In this document: positions 12,970 to 26,357 of the stretch, piece by piece | Position numbering within the stretch: position 1 is the first letter of the stretch | How the letters are laid out: each line of letters starts with the position of its first letter | Source of the DNA: Octopus sinensis | Lineage: Eukaryota | Direction of reading: 5' to 3' | DNA: 51,454 nt | Assembly: GCF_006345805.1 (NCBI RefSeq) | Contig: NW_021834328.1 | Location: 1 to 51,454 of the forward strand | Notes under the pieces: generated by a model | The model's database searches: none | Seen by the model: only the letters and a program-made list of their open reading frames with translations | What the model was told of the DNA's origin: nothing | Translations under genes and position numbers: made by a program

Positions 12970-13155
12970 ATCTTATATCATTTACTTGTTTCAGTCATTA
13001 GACTCAGGCCATGCTGGAACCACGCCTTGAAGGATGCGGTCGGTCAAATCGTTGGTAGTGCTTATTTTTTTCCGTCACTTTCGCCGAACCGCTAGATAAC
13101 GGAGATGTAATCAAAGGAACACCGGTTGTCAAGCGGTGGTGTGAAGGACAAATGC
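12970..13155 (-). mobile_element. SINE S2, 3' half, diverged
   Basis: TTTACTTGTTTCAGTCATT..CCATGCTGG..CCGGTTGTCAAGCG. Confidence 0.75.
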
Positions 13156-13302
13156 GATGACTTACATATATATATAATATATTCTATATAATATATATAA
13201 TATATATATATATATAATATATTATATATATATATTATAATTCTTTTATATATATAGTCTCTCTCTCTCTATTATATATAATATATATATATATACATTA
13301 GA

Positions 13303-13376
<74 letters not shown>

Positions 13377-13377
<1 letters not shown>

Positions 13378-13430
13378 TAGCAGTATTGCCCGGCTCGTGC
13401 GCTCGTGCGTACTATGCACGCGCGAATAGC
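13377..13430 (-). mobile_element. Helitron-like 3' terminus
   Basis: Minus strand ...CGAGCCGGGCAATACTGCTAG|T: GC-rich subterminal segment, then CTAG followed by T. It resembles the end at 40268. The 5' end was not found. Confidence 0.6.
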
Positions 13431-14230
13431 TAAACTTGGATGAAGTTCAATCAAAATTCAATTATTTGGGTTTTAAAATCGAGCATTTAATGCCCTCTGT
13501 TTTTGCGCTTATGTATTCCATTTCCTCAATAGGAAGTACGTAGAAGCGTTTCATAAATTTTTGTTGATCAAATTTTTGTTGATCATTGTTGAATTATTCT
13601 TTTAGATCAGTATTTCTCAACGGGGATTTCAGGGGAGAGTTTCAAGGAGTCGCTGGCGATGTATCGTGATGATCAAAAATCCGGCCTACTAAAATTTGGT
13701 TAAAGTGATTCAAACTGCAGACTCAACGCAATATGGTCACATTTAATTCAAAGCGTTAAAAATGTTATGAAAATAATTGGTATGTGTTCACAAAGTCCAA
13801 ACGATTAATAAGAAAAAACCCTCCAAAATACATCCCGAAAATTCATTTCTTTGCCGAATTTCTACAATGTTTACGGCGATTCGTTTTTATATCTTGATTT
13901 TTTATTTTTCATGCAATTTACGCATTCTTGCATGCGTGGTGAACACAGTTCACGTCAAACAGCTGACTGAGTAAAGTTCACTATTCAATGCATGGGATAA
14001 GGCCTAAACAAACACATTATCGATTTTAGCACTTGCGAGATGAATTTCGGAACAGAAATAGCGCAGTTCAATTTTCATTCACCTAAACTTTAAGTGACCC
14101 ATTTTTGGTGGTTCTACGATTTGTTGGCTAGGAGGAGATGTGCCGGGAAGTTAAACACAAAGACACACACACAGATACACACACAGACACACAAGTTGAG
14201 TTTTACATATATATATATATATATACACAC

Positions 14231-14335
14231 ATACATACATACATATATACAACGGGCTTCTTTCAGTTTCCGTCTACCAAATCCACTCACCATATGGTTT
14301 GGTTTGGAGGCAAGCCTCTTATCACACACCCATGA
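14231..14335 (-). mobile_element. SINE S2 5' fragment
   Basis: CGGGCTTCTTTCAGTTTCCGTCTACCAAATCCACTCAC... Confidence 0.8.
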
Positions 14336-14409
14336 TATATAAATATATATATATATATAAAAGGAGGTTTGAAAATGTAATTTCAAAGATGTTTATTCAC
14401 TTGACCGGT

Positions 14410-14633
14410 TTCACCACAACTTTCTCTCACTCTTTCTGCCTGTTTCTGTTTTACCTGTATTTCAAAGGGCCAGCTTTGTCCCACTCTGTGTCACGCTGGA
14501 TCTCCCCGACAACTACGTTACCGGCACATGTGTCTGTGGAGTACTCAGCCACTTACGCGTTAATTTCCCGAGCAGGCTGTTCGTTGATCGGCTCAACTGG
14601 AACCTTTGTCGTCGTAACAGACGGAGTGCCACA
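14410..14633 (+). mobile_element. SINE 3' half with tail X (shared with 33575 and 36641)
   Basis: TTTCACCACAACTTTCTCTCACTC...GTCGTAACAGACGGAGTGCCAC matches 33734-33957. Confidence 0.85.
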
Positions 14634-14638
14634 ATATA

Positions 14639-14993
14639 TCTATTATATAAAATCTGTTCTATCTGTCTGTGTGTGTGTCTTCTAGGATCTCGAGCATCCT
14701 CCATCCGATTGCGCTCAAATTTGATATGTAGACACCGACGGTATCAGGGCGTGTATAAGTCTTGAAAAAATTACAAAAATCGATTCCAGGTGAGAATATG
14801 ATCGATAAAGCATTCTTTAGAATAGAAAAAAAGGATATCTTTATTTCTTCTTTTGCTGGTGTCTCAAATTTAGGTTAAATCAGTGTTTCTCAAAGGGGAG
14901 GCCTATGGGACAGTCGGACAAGTTGTTTTGAGAAAATTTGGTTTAAACGTTTGACAACTCAGCACCGTCCATTGGACGGGGACGTTTTGCTCG
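14639..14993 (+). mobile_element. Non-autonomous Helitron-like element (355 bp)
   Basis: A|TCTATTATATAAAA 5' end followed by a short TG/TCTG repeat; 3' hairpin CCGTCC-ATT-GGACGG (14965-14979), then GCTCG|T (CTAG with one change). Confidence 0.7.
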
Positions 14994-15110
14994 TTTATAT
15001 ATATACGTATATAATTATGAGTCGCCATGATAGATCGGTAGCCACTACACACATATTTTTTTCTCTCCTTTTTTTCTCTCCTTGTTTCTCTACTTGTTTT
15101 TTCTGTGTCC

Positions 15111-15146
15111 CTTTCTGTAGAAGAGCATAGGCTCGAAACGTAAAAG
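15111..15146 (+). ncRNA. Minimal type I hammerhead-like motif H1, copy A (A6U core)
   Basis: CUUU CUGUAGA A GAGC-AUAG-GCUC GAA AC|GU A^ AAAG; predicted cut after 15142. Confidence 0.7.
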
Positions 15147-15232
15147 AATTTTTCAATTCCTGAGTGTTATACTAATACATCTGTTTGTTTTGTACACCAC
15201 CTGTCTTCGTCTTTTGTCTTTTTTTTCGTAAA

Positions 15233-15310
<78 letters not shown>

Positions 15311-15360
15311 CTCCTTTTTTCTCCTTTTTTCTTTTTTCTCCCCTTGTTTTTTCTGTGTAC

Positions 15361-15396
15361 ATTTCTGTAGAAGAGCGTAGGCTCGAAACGTAAAAG
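15361..15396 (+). ncRNA. Minimal type I hammerhead-like motif H1, copy B
   Basis: AUUU CUGUAGA A GAGC-GUAG-GCUC GAA AC|GU A^ AAAG; predicted cut after 15392. Confidence 0.7.
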
Positions 15397-15485
15397 ACTT
15401 TTTCTATTCCTGAGTGTTATACTAATACACCTGTTTGTTTTGTACACCACCTGTCTTCGTCTTTTGTTTTTTTCGTAAACTCTCC

Positions 15486-15531
<46 letters not shown>

Positions 15532-15576
15532 CTCCTTTTTTCTCTCCTTTTTTCTCTCCTTGTTTTTTCCGTGTAC

Positions 15577-15612
15577 CTTTCTGTAGAAGAGCGTAGGCTC
15601 GAAACGTAAAAG
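15577..15612 (+). ncRNA. Minimal type I hammerhead-like motif H1, copy C
   Basis: CUUU CUGUAGA A GAGC-GUAG-GCUC GAA AC|GU A^ AAAG; predicted cut after 15608. Confidence 0.7.
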
Positions 15613-16169
15613 AATTTCTCAATTCCTGAGTGTTATACTAATACATCTGTTTGTTTTGTACACCACCTGTCTTCGTCTTTTGTTTTTTTCGTAAACTCTC
15701 CCTATATATATATGTGTGTGTGTGTGTGTGTATGCTCGAGTGTGAGTTACAATTATATATTTTTCTGTAATTCTTAGTTGTATTCAGATTTGGACATTTG
15801 GATTTTTATATCTGCCATAATTTACACCAAATTAGATATTGTGCTGAGTGTGTTTTAAACCAGTTTCATGCCAAAATGACAGTTCGTCGACCAGGTGATG
15901 ATATGTTATGATAATAAGCTAAGAAGATATCAATCCCATTTTAAACATTATCGAGTGATTGATGTGGACTGAGATGCCGTGAGCAGAACTGCAACCTTTA
16001 AAGATCAGGAAATATATTTCAATGTTCCACATCTTGGTATGTTTGGCATTACACATCAATATTGCTAAGTGATAGCATTAGTTCAATTTCCAACTGACAC
16101 TTAGATAAAACTGACCATTAGCTCTGAAAGTTTAAGAACGAAATGACCTCAGCTTCTAAAATCGTGCCA

Positions 16170-16192
16170 TGACCTTTATATATATATATATA

Positions 16193-16276
<84 letters not shown>

Positions 16277-16384
16277 GATATATATAGACAGATAGATAGG
16301 TGGATAGATAGCCAGACAGACAGACAGACAGACAGACAGACGACAGATACAGACAGACACAGACAGACAGACAGATAGATATAT

Positions 16385-16438
<54 letters not shown>

Positions 16439-16444
16439 TTAGAG

Positions 16445-16512
<68 letters not shown>

Positions 16513-16517
16513 TAGAG

Positions 16518-16594
<77 letters not shown>

Positions 16595-16706
16595 TAGATT
16601 GATATATAGATAGACAGACAGACAGATAGATATGTTTATGAGTGTGTGTGCGTAGATTGTGTGTGAATACATATCTACTTATATATATGTGTGTGATTGT
16701 GTGTAA

Positions 16707-16779
<73 letters not shown>

Positions 16780-16780
16780 C
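16170..16780. repeat. (TA)n, (GACA)n, (GATA)n and (TG)n microsatellite cluster
   Basis: Seen directly. Confidence 0.95.
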
Positions 16781-16784
16781 ATAT

Positions 16785-16975
16785 CCTTTATTTTTCGCTT
16801 GCTTCAGTCATTTGACTGCGACCATGCTGCAGCACCGCCTAGAAGAATTTTAGTCCAACGAATTCACCCTAGTACTTATTTTTTTAACCTGGTACTTATC
16901 ATATCGCTCACTTTTACCGAATCGCCAGGTTACGGGACGTAAACAAACCAATACTGATTGTGAAGCTGTGGAGTT
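16785..16975 (-). mobile_element. SINE S2, 3' half
   Basis: TTCAGTCATTTGACTGCGACCATGCTGCAGCACCGCC...GTTACGGGACGTAAACAAACCA. Confidence 0.8.
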
Positions 16976-17504
16976 GGCAAACACAGCTTTTATTCAACAG
17001 GTTGTTTATTAGCAATTCTAGGCATTTGCTAATTAAAGCATTAAACAGAATCCGTTCCCTTGTGTATCTTAATGTTATTGATTGCTTCTGCTCGAGCACA
17101 GCGCATTCACGTATTTCTAAGGAAACGATTGCTTGAAGCATACAAAGTATTCATGATTTTTGTAACTTGTTTGCTAGTTTTTTACGTAACGACATACGCA
17201 AGAAGAAAAATAAAAACAGCCAAACATTTAGGAAGAATCGCAGCAACGATACATTTAAGAGCAAGAATACAAAACCACTGCGAGAATATATCTTTAGAAA
17301 GTTCATATCTTATGTAGTCAGAAGCAAACGCCTCACAAATTCACAGGCAAAATATGGTTTGCAGTAAGAATTATAACGGGATCACAGAAAACGGGTTTAA
17401 GTGCAAGAATGTTTAGCATATCAACTCCTTTGGAAGCGGAAACAAAAATGAAATTCTATCTCGTTGAGGTTTATTGGTTAAAAAAGAATATATTCACCAG
17501 GTTT

Positions 17505-17710
17505 CTATTCGTCCCTAAATCGTTTGGCGACCAGTGTTGGTTTGTTTACATCCCAGTAAATTGGTGGTTCGGCAAAAAGACATAGATAAGTACCAGACTT
17601 CAAAAATAAGTACAGGGTTCCATTCGTCCGACTAAACCCTTCAAGGCAGTGCCCCAGCATGGTCGCAGTCCAATTACTGAACCAAGTAAAAGATAAAAGA
17701 TATATATTCT
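17505..17710 (+). mobile_element. SINE S2, 3' half
   Basis: GGTTCGGCAAAAAGACATAGATAAGTACC...CCAGCATGGTCGCAGTC..ACTGAACCAAGTAAAAGA. Confidence 0.8.
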
Positions 17711-17828
17711 TATATTCTTTTATTCTTCTACGTATTTCACTCCAAATTATGTGGCCATGCTGGAGCACTACCAGTACGTATATATAATTTAAGAAAATTT
17801 CTACAATATTTTTATTGAAAACAAGACA

Positions 17829-18215
17829 GCGAGCTGGCAGAAACGTTAGCACGTCGGGCGAGATGCTTAGCGGTATTTCGTCTGCCGTTACGTTGTGAGT
17901 TCAAATTCCGCCGAGGTCGACTTTGCCTTTCATCCTTTCGGGGTCGATAAATTAAGTACCAGTTACGCACTGGGGCCGATATAATCGACTTAATCCGTTT
18001 GTATGTCCTTGTTTGTCCCTTCTGTGTTTAGCCCCTTGTGGGTAGTAAAGAAATCGGTATTTCGTCTGTCTTTATGTTCAGAGTTCAAATTCCGCCGCGA
18101 TCGACTTTGCTGTTCATCCTTTCGGGGGTTGATAAATTAAGTACCAGTTGCGTACTGGGGTTCATGTAATCGACTGGCCCCCCTCCCACTAAATTTCGGG
18201 CCTTGTGCCCAGAAT
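17829..18215 (+). mobile_element. Young SINE S1 with a duplicated 184-bp internal unit
   Basis: Head GCGAGCTGGCAGAAACGTTAG (A box) and GAGTTCAAATTCC (B box); units start at 17872 and 18056. Confidence 0.9.
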
Positions 18216-18593
18216 AGTAAACAATATTTTTATTGAAAACAGTCAAATTTTAATTGAAAGAGAATGAACATGACAGGTATAAAGAGGTTATAAGTAATAA
18301 ACTAAACGCGGTGGCGGCGGTGCGGTTGTTATTGTTTTTGTTGTTGTCGTTCAGCTCCAGCTCAGCTTCTGAATGAGGCAGACCTATGACCAAAGGTGCT
18401 CCAGTCGTTTCCATCCTGTCATTTCATATATTATTTATAAATACACCATTCAAAATGGCCTTCCAACTTGTATTCAAATCTGTGTAGCCATGCGCTACGA
18501 CTTTAACGGAGTTCATCTCTGTCATTATTTCAAGACCTCGTCCTGTCAAGAGTCACAAAAGAATATACTGTACTTTTCAAAACATTACCGACA

Positions 18594-18896
18594 ATAGAAA
18601 AATACTATTTTTAAATCTCACAACGAGAGATTTTCAGCAACAGTACTTTGTAGTAAAGATTGTTTGCCAACATAACATGGCAGTCTTGGTTTAGGACGAA
18701 TGTTGCTGTAATTTAGCTCAGTGGACATCGTCTCCAGCTGGCTATACCACACGATCTGTGTCCCTATATTTTCGAACAAGGAATACAGATTGTGTCGTAT
18801 AGCCTGCTGAAGACAATGTCTCCTGTGGTTAAATTACAGCAACATTCGTCCTAAACCAGGACTGCCATATTATGTTGGCAAACAATGTTTACTACA
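18594..18896 (-). mobile_element. Fold-back element F1, copy 1 (about 117-bp arms, one-sided tail, 12-bp TSD)
   Basis: Palindrome 18649-18896 with an extra tail at 18594-18648. Flanking direct repeat ACATTACC(G/C)ACA at 18582-18593 and 18894-18905. Strand is assigned by tail side only. Confidence 0.85.
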
Positions 18897-18939
18897 TTAC
18901 CCACATTACTGAACTAATATCTTTTTCTATATTAAATAT

Positions 18940-19090
18940 GTGAGCGTGTGGCTTAATGGCTAAGGTGGTGCGCTCTTGATTGTAAGATTGTGGTTTCGAT
19001 TCCTGGACTGGATGACGCTTCTTGAGCAAAATATTTCATCACTCAGCTAGCAAAAATGAGTGACCCTACGACGGACCCATCCAGCGATAG
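18940..19090 (+). mobile_element. Highly diverged tRNA-headed SINE (head type B)
   Basis: GTGGCTTAATGGCTAAG..GGTTTCGATTCC..CTTGAGCAA, similar to the heads of 36641 and 21155. Confidence 0.55.
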
Positions 19091-19175
19091 CGGTGGGTTT
19101 ATATGTAAATATATATATACTCCACAGAATTCTAAGAAAGTGCATTATGTGTCTATGAGTTAGGAAGGATCTTCG

Positions 19176-19286
19176 TCCGGGTTTATCCCACTGTGTGGCA
19201 CCTTGGGCAAGTGTCTGCTACTATAGCCTCGGGCCGACCAAAGCCTTGTGAGTGGATTTGGTAGATGGAAACTGAAAGAAGCCTGT

Positions 19287-19364
<78 letters not shown>

Positions 19365-19597
19365 TATGTGTGTATGTGTGCGCGCGTGTTTGTATGCCTG
19401 TGTTTGTCCCAACATCGCTTGACAACAGATGGTGGTGTGTTTATGTTCCCGTAACTTAGCGGTTCGGCTAAAGAAACCGATAGAATAAGTACTAGGCTTA
19501 CAAAGAATTATTCCTGGGGTCGATTTGTTCGACTAAAAGCGGTGCTCCAGCATGGCCCCAGTCAAATGACTGAAACAAATAAAAGATAAAAGAGTAA

Positions 19598-19600
<3 letters not shown>
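19176..19600 (+). mobile_element. SINE S2, nearly full length, head clipped
   Basis: Matches 38522-38922, with a central (TA)n(TG)n expansion. Confidence 0.9.
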
Positions 19601-21134
<1,534 letters not shown>

Positions 21135-21154
21135 ATAGACATACATATGTATGC

Positions 21155-21492
21155 TGAAACCTCCTTCGGTCATAACTGACAATGGGATTGCACCTAGAAA
21201 GTTACCCTCCGGGCACAAGTCCGGGCAAGGTTGTTTATGGAAGACCAGCAGTCTCCTATGCATACCGGCCTCCCCTCTCCGCGCCACCAGTGTTATCCAA
21301 GGGAAAGGCAAAGGGTCCGATACAGCTTGGCACCTATGATGTCACAACTGATATCTACAGCTGAGTGAGCTGTAGCAACGTGAAATAAAGTGCCTGGCTC
21401 AAGAACACAACACGCAGCCCGGTCCGGGATTCGAACTCACAACCTCGCGATCGTAAGCTCGACGCTCTAACCACTGAGCCATGCGTCTTCAC
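21155..21492 (-). mobile_element. tRNA-headed SINE, head B plus tail Z
   Basis: Minus strand GTGAAGACGCATGGCTCAGTGGTTAGAGC...GAGTTCGAATCCC. The middle is shared with 36641; the 3' part differs. Confidence 0.85.
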
Positions 21493-21495
21493 ATA

Positions 21496-21538
<43 letters not shown>

Positions 21539-21882
21539 GTATGTATGTATGTATGTATGTATTATGTATGTATGTATGTATGTATGTATGTATGTATGTA
21601 TGTATGTATACGGTTGTCAGCTTCTCAGATCAATTCTTTTTGGTTTGTTTTGTTTTTGTCTCCTTGCTATACGTCTGAATAGAGTTAAAAATCTATTAGA
21701 ATTTTGAAAACGTTGAACAAAAGTTGCAGAAGAAGAAGAATAGAGCTTAAAAAAAAACATAAAATACTACGATAAAAATGTTTTACGCGTTAATTAAAAA
21801 ATTTAGAAAGGATTAAATTTTTTTTAAATTTCAAAGAAAAACAAAATAATTTATCTGATAAGCCAATATTTCTATCAAGGAA

Positions 21883-22245
21883 GGCGGTGGATTGGCAAAG
21901 TCGTTAGTACTCTGAGCAAAATGCTCAGCGGTATTTCGTCTGCCGTTTCGTTCTGAGTTCAAATTCCGCCGAGGTCGACTTTGCTTTTCATCCTTTCGGG
22001 GTCGATTAAATAAGTACCAGTTACGCACTGGGGGCTGACATAATCGACTTAATCCGTTTGCATGTCCTTATTTGTCCTCTCTGTGTTTAGCCCCTTGTGG
22101 GTAGTAAAGAAATAGGTATTTCGTCTGCCGCTACGTTCTGAGTTCAAATTCCGCCGAGGTCGACTTTATCTTTCAGATTTTCGGGGCCGAAAAAATAAGT
22201 ACCTGTTACCACCATCACCAAATTGCTGGATTTGCGCCAAAATCT
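21883..22245 (+). mobile_element. SINE S1 with duplicated unit (21930, 22115)
   Basis: Same junction GTAAAGAAATAGGTATTTCGTC. Confidence 0.9.
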
Positions 22246-22259
22246 AAAACCACAGAAGA

Positions 22260-22470
22260 CGGCTAGTTGGCAGAATCGTTAACACACCGAGAAAACTGCT
22301 CAACGGCATTTCTTTCGAGTTTACGTCCAGAGTTCAAATGCTGCTGGGATCGACTTCGCCATTCATCCTTTCGGGGGTCGATAACAGAAGTACCAGTTGA
22401 ACATTGTGGTCGATTAAATAATCGACTAGCTCCCCTCCTTCTCCTCCAAAATCTACTGGCCTTGTACTAA
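22260..22470 (+). mobile_element. Diverged SINE S1
   Basis: TTGGCAGAATCGTTAAC..GAGTTCAAAT..CATCCTTTCGGGGGTCGATAA. Confidence 0.75.
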
Positions 22471-22844
22471 ATTTTGAAATCAATATTTCTTTCAAGTGAA
22501 TTTATAATGACCGACGCATTGTTGTCTATTCACCAATATATTTTCAATGTCGTTGAACGCCAATCTATCTCATTCAACGACTATTCAGTTACTCTTTATT
22601 TCGAGTCTCATCGATCACCAAATCGTAGCTTTATTATGTCATATTCAAATGAACATAATATCTCGGAGATTAAAAGATGAAAGGTTACAGGACATGTCAA
22701 AAGATTCTGGTGACACAATTAATTATTCTCGACTGACTTTCAGAAATCTTTAAAATATATATACAACAGAATCTTTCATAATTAATACACTGCAATTTCA
22801 TTCAACTCGCGATAAGAATGCAATCGCGAAAAATTTATTCAAAT

Positions 22845-23148
22845 CTCTCTTTTATCTTTTACTTGTCTGTTTCAATCGTTGGACAGCAGCCATGCTGGAG
22901 CACCGCTTTGGCGGATTTATAGTTGAATGAATTGCTTCTAGTACAGCCCGGTACTTATTCTTTTCCTTCTCTTTTTTGTTGCAGAACCACTAACTTACAA
23001 GGAAGTAAACAATCTAACACCGGTTGTCAAGCGCTTGGCAATCGGCGTTAGATTGTTTACTTCCTTGTAAATTAGTGGTTCTGCAACAAAAAAAAAGAAG
23101 AAAAAGAATAAGTACCGGGCTGTACTAGAAGCAATTCATTCAACTATA
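22845..23148. repeat. Diverged SINE S2 3' half (minus strand) duplicated into a spacer-less 115-bp-arm palindrome
   Basis: Arms 22918-23032 and 23033-23148, centred on CAAGC|GCTTG; the few differences are transitions or homopolymer length. Confidence 0.9.
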
Positions 23149-23284
23149 TAACGACCTCCGACACACAAGTGCAAACAAGGGAGTCAGAGAAAGGCAGAAT
23201 GCCACTTAAATCTGAACACTACTATAGAAATATTCTTTTAAAAAAACTTTTCTTCTAATTTTTCTAAATTTAATTATTTAATCG

Positions 23285-23328
23285 TTACAGTTGAAAAGGT
23301 CTCAAAATGACCGAAACCGGTACTGAAA
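23285..23328 (+). ncRNA. Minimal type I hammerhead-like motif H5 (U3-A8 covariant core)
   Basis: UUACAG UUGAAAA GGUC-UCAAAAU-GACC GAA ACC|GGU A^ CUGAAA. Stem I pairs 5 of 6, stem II 4 bp, stem III is the palindrome ACCGGU, and the GUA cut falls after 23322. Confidence 0.7.
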
Positions 23329-23884
23329 TGTTCACTATAAAATTATTTTAGCATTTTCTATTTTTGACTTGTTTTTTCATATATATATGTATATATATAT
23401 ATAGGATTATTAAATCTCAGAACGAGATGTAAACAGTAATCGCTCGACAATGTAAAGTACAAAAGCCATCTTAAAAAAGGCTAACCACAAATACATTAAG
23501 GGCACAGAAAGTGTGTCTAAAGCCAGCTGGAGACGATGATCTCCTGGGGCTAAAAAGCTACAGTAACACCCCACTTTGTGGTTAGCCATATTGAGATGGC
23601 TTTTATACTTTACATATATATATATAGTTATATATAAATATATATAAATAGTTATTACCGAATAACAACACATTGAGACTAGATATTTTGGAAGATTATT
23701 TGTTTATTTCCTCACAACTTAGGAAATATTCGTTTCATTCATTTGGGATATTCACGCAAGATAGATATTAGTTATAACTATAGATGTAAGACATGTCTAA
23801 TCTCGATCTGTTGCCAATCTTCCATAATAACAATTTCAATACACCTGTTCTTATTAACCCTTATATTATGGCTGCTACTGTACT

Positions 23885-24035
23885 TCTTTCTACTTCCTTC
23901 TACCAAATCGATTCGAGGTTTTGGTCGACCCCAATCTATAGTATAAAACTTGCCTGAGGTACCGCGCAGTGAGATTGATCTCGGAATCACGTGGTTGGGA
24001 AGCAAGCTTCTTAACGACAGAGCCACTCCAGCACT
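23885..24035 (-). mobile_element. SINE S2, 5' half
   Basis: TTCCTTCTACCAAATC..GGTCGACC..CACGTGGTTGGGAAGCAAGCTTCTTA. Confidence 0.75.
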
Positions 24036-24477
24036 GATATTTATGTTAGCAGTTTCCTTATTTATTCTTTTCTACCTTTTTCCTTTCTTTTCTTTCCTCC
24101 CAAGCCATATTTAGCCATCAAAAGAACTGTTGAAAATTTTGCTTCATAAAATTTTTATTCCTATTTCTCGACGGTCTTTAATTTTTCTTCGTAACTCTTA
24201 AGTTCTAAAATTAGCTTTTACCGGAAAATTTTATTTGATTTGATTAACACTAAAATGTCGCTACTTAATAATGTAATATTGGAACATCTTGTTACAATCT
24301 ATAATGGTAGGAACCAGCCTGAAATTGGCAACATTCCCAAAATTAATTTAAGTTCAACTTGAATAGAAAGCATGGAGCGATCATAATTAATTACATTGAG
24401 GATTTAGTTGGAATCGAACTTACACGTAATGCATTTATGTGTGTGATTGTGTTTCTTTTTGCGTCTATATGTGTGGC

Positions 24478-24517
<40 letters not shown>

Positions 24518-24714
24518 GCGTATATTTGGATATATATATAATTTAAAAATAGGATAAAATCTATATATGAATTTATCATGATATATATATATATATATAT
24601 ATACACATGAGTACGAATAAAGGTTATAAACCTCATTAAGAGATAGGAAAATCCTATCAATGTACTGTTAGTTACCTATAAAAAGAATGTTAACATTACA
24701 GTCAATAATATATA

Positions 24715-24750
<36 letters not shown>

Positions 24751-24836
24751 TATACATACATACATACATATATATGTGCATGTATGCAGGTATGTATGTA
24801 TGTGTGTACTTATATCGATATATATATATCTATCTA

Positions 24837-24930
<94 letters not shown>

Positions 24931-24944
24931 TGTGTATGCATATA

Positions 24945-25178
24945 TTTACTATTACTATTGTTTTTATTTTTATTTTTATTATTATTATTTTATTATTATC
25001 AACATTATTATTATTATTATTATTATTATTAGTTATTCCAGTCGTTGTCGACGATGATCAAAGACATCGCATGGGGAAAAAGACGAGACCCTGTGTGTCC
25101 GGTTGTGGACAATCAGTCCGATATTTGCTCGGAAGGCTCTGGCGCAGGTCGGGGACACTGGTGGTCTGCTGGAAATGA
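24945..25178 (-). mobile_element. 5'-truncated RTE-clade LINE 3' end with (TAA)n tail
   Basis: Minus strand encodes [22 protein letters not shown], a decayed CxxC..F...IGL..H.RTH zinc finger as seen at the C-terminus of RTE ORFs, then CGTCGACAACGACTGGAATAAC and (TAA)n at 24945-25030. Confidence 0.75.
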
Positions 25179-25261
25179 ATAAATATATAACATTACTAAA
25201 CACAATGCTAAAACAAATATGTCAAATGTACAGATTAAATAAAACGGTGGGATCTACTGTA

Positions 25262-25625
25262 GGAGCAGGCGTGGTTGTGTGGTAAGAATTTTGCTTCCTA
25301 ACCACATGGTTTTGGGTTCAGTCCCACTGCGTTGAAACTTGCACGAGTGTTTCAACTACAGCCTTGGGGTGATCGAAGCATTGTGAGCGGATTTGGTAGA
25401 CAGAAACTGAAAGAAACCCGTCTGTGTGTTTGTGATTGGCCCCAGCATCTCTTGGCAAACGGTGTTGGTGTGTTTATCTAACCGTAACTTAGCGGTTCGG
25501 TAAAGAGCCCGGTAAATAATTACAAGTATTTAAAAATATGTTCTGGGGGCGATTCGCTCGATTAAAGCTCTCCGAGACAGTGCCTCTGCATGGCCGCAGT
25601 CTTTTACTTGAAACAAGTAAACGAG
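25262..25625 (+). mobile_element. Diverged full-length SINE S2
   Basis: Collinear with 38522-38922. Confidence 0.85.
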
Positions 25626-26357
25626 TCATAGAATATTTAATTCAAATTCAACTGACACGAAATAAAACATCACCGAAATATTCCACAACTTCAGAATGCT
25701 GTCAACTATAGTCTTCCATTTTGTAATTTCAGAAAATTTATGACCGAAATTTATTACTTAGACTTAGAGACTAGAGACTTCGTTTATATTTTTTATAGCT
25801 ATGTCACACTTAAAGTTTTGTGTTTTCGATAAATGCCATTTGTTGAAGATGTCACCTTAACTTAACTAAACTATTACTTTAGACATTTTTGGCGCTTCTT
25901 TTACAGACAGTATATTTCAAAAATACCTTTTGATCGGCCGTCTTCTGTTCTTCTATTGCTGTAAGCCAACCAAGCATAATGTAGCTTAGAATTGGTAAGA
26001 AAATCTTGTCAGGTTTATACATACCAGATGGCTGATAGAACAGAATATATTCCCAATACACATCACAAGGAAGTCTCTGTGCTTTGTAAATCGTTTAAAA
26101 CTTTCAACCCGTTCGTTTGCTACGAAACTAAACTTCTATAGTCTCGTACTGGAACAGTGTGAATAAGCAGACGGTTAGTTCACTTCTGTAATCAGTGCTG
26201 TTCAATGCTCTAATAACATCTCTAACAGACAATAAATATATTGTGCTCTTGGGTTTGTTGTTTTTTTGTCTGTCCAAAACATTTTCATAAGTTTCTTCTA
26301 AACATCCATTCCTGTTTCCAGACTTTTAGTTTGCTATTTTTCAGACATTCTGAATAA

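Larger units (their letters stand above)
15015..15730 (+). repeat. Tandem trimer of hammerhead-bearing repeat H1 (retrozyme/PLE pLTR-like), monomer spacing 250 and 216 nt
   Basis: Three near-identical units, each with CTGTAGAAGAGC.TAGGCTCGAAACGTAAAAGA, joined by variable (CT)n(AT)n(GT)n linkers. Confidence 0.9.

Noticed and set aside
13608-13621. CAGTATTTCTCAAC (and CAGTGTTTCTCAAA at 14881) resembling hAT TIR starts
   Set aside because: No convincing inverted partner or 8-bp TSD was found.
15015-15730. Repeat-spacer appearance (CRISPR-like) here and at 27339-27860
   Set aside because: The units are 184-250 bp tandem monomers with microsatellite linkers, not short repeats with unique spacers; the context is eukaryotic and there are no cas genes.
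25900-26005. TTTTACAG acceptor with downstream GTAAG donors
   Set aside because: Frames are short or closed with no recognisable peptide; such signals are expected by chance.
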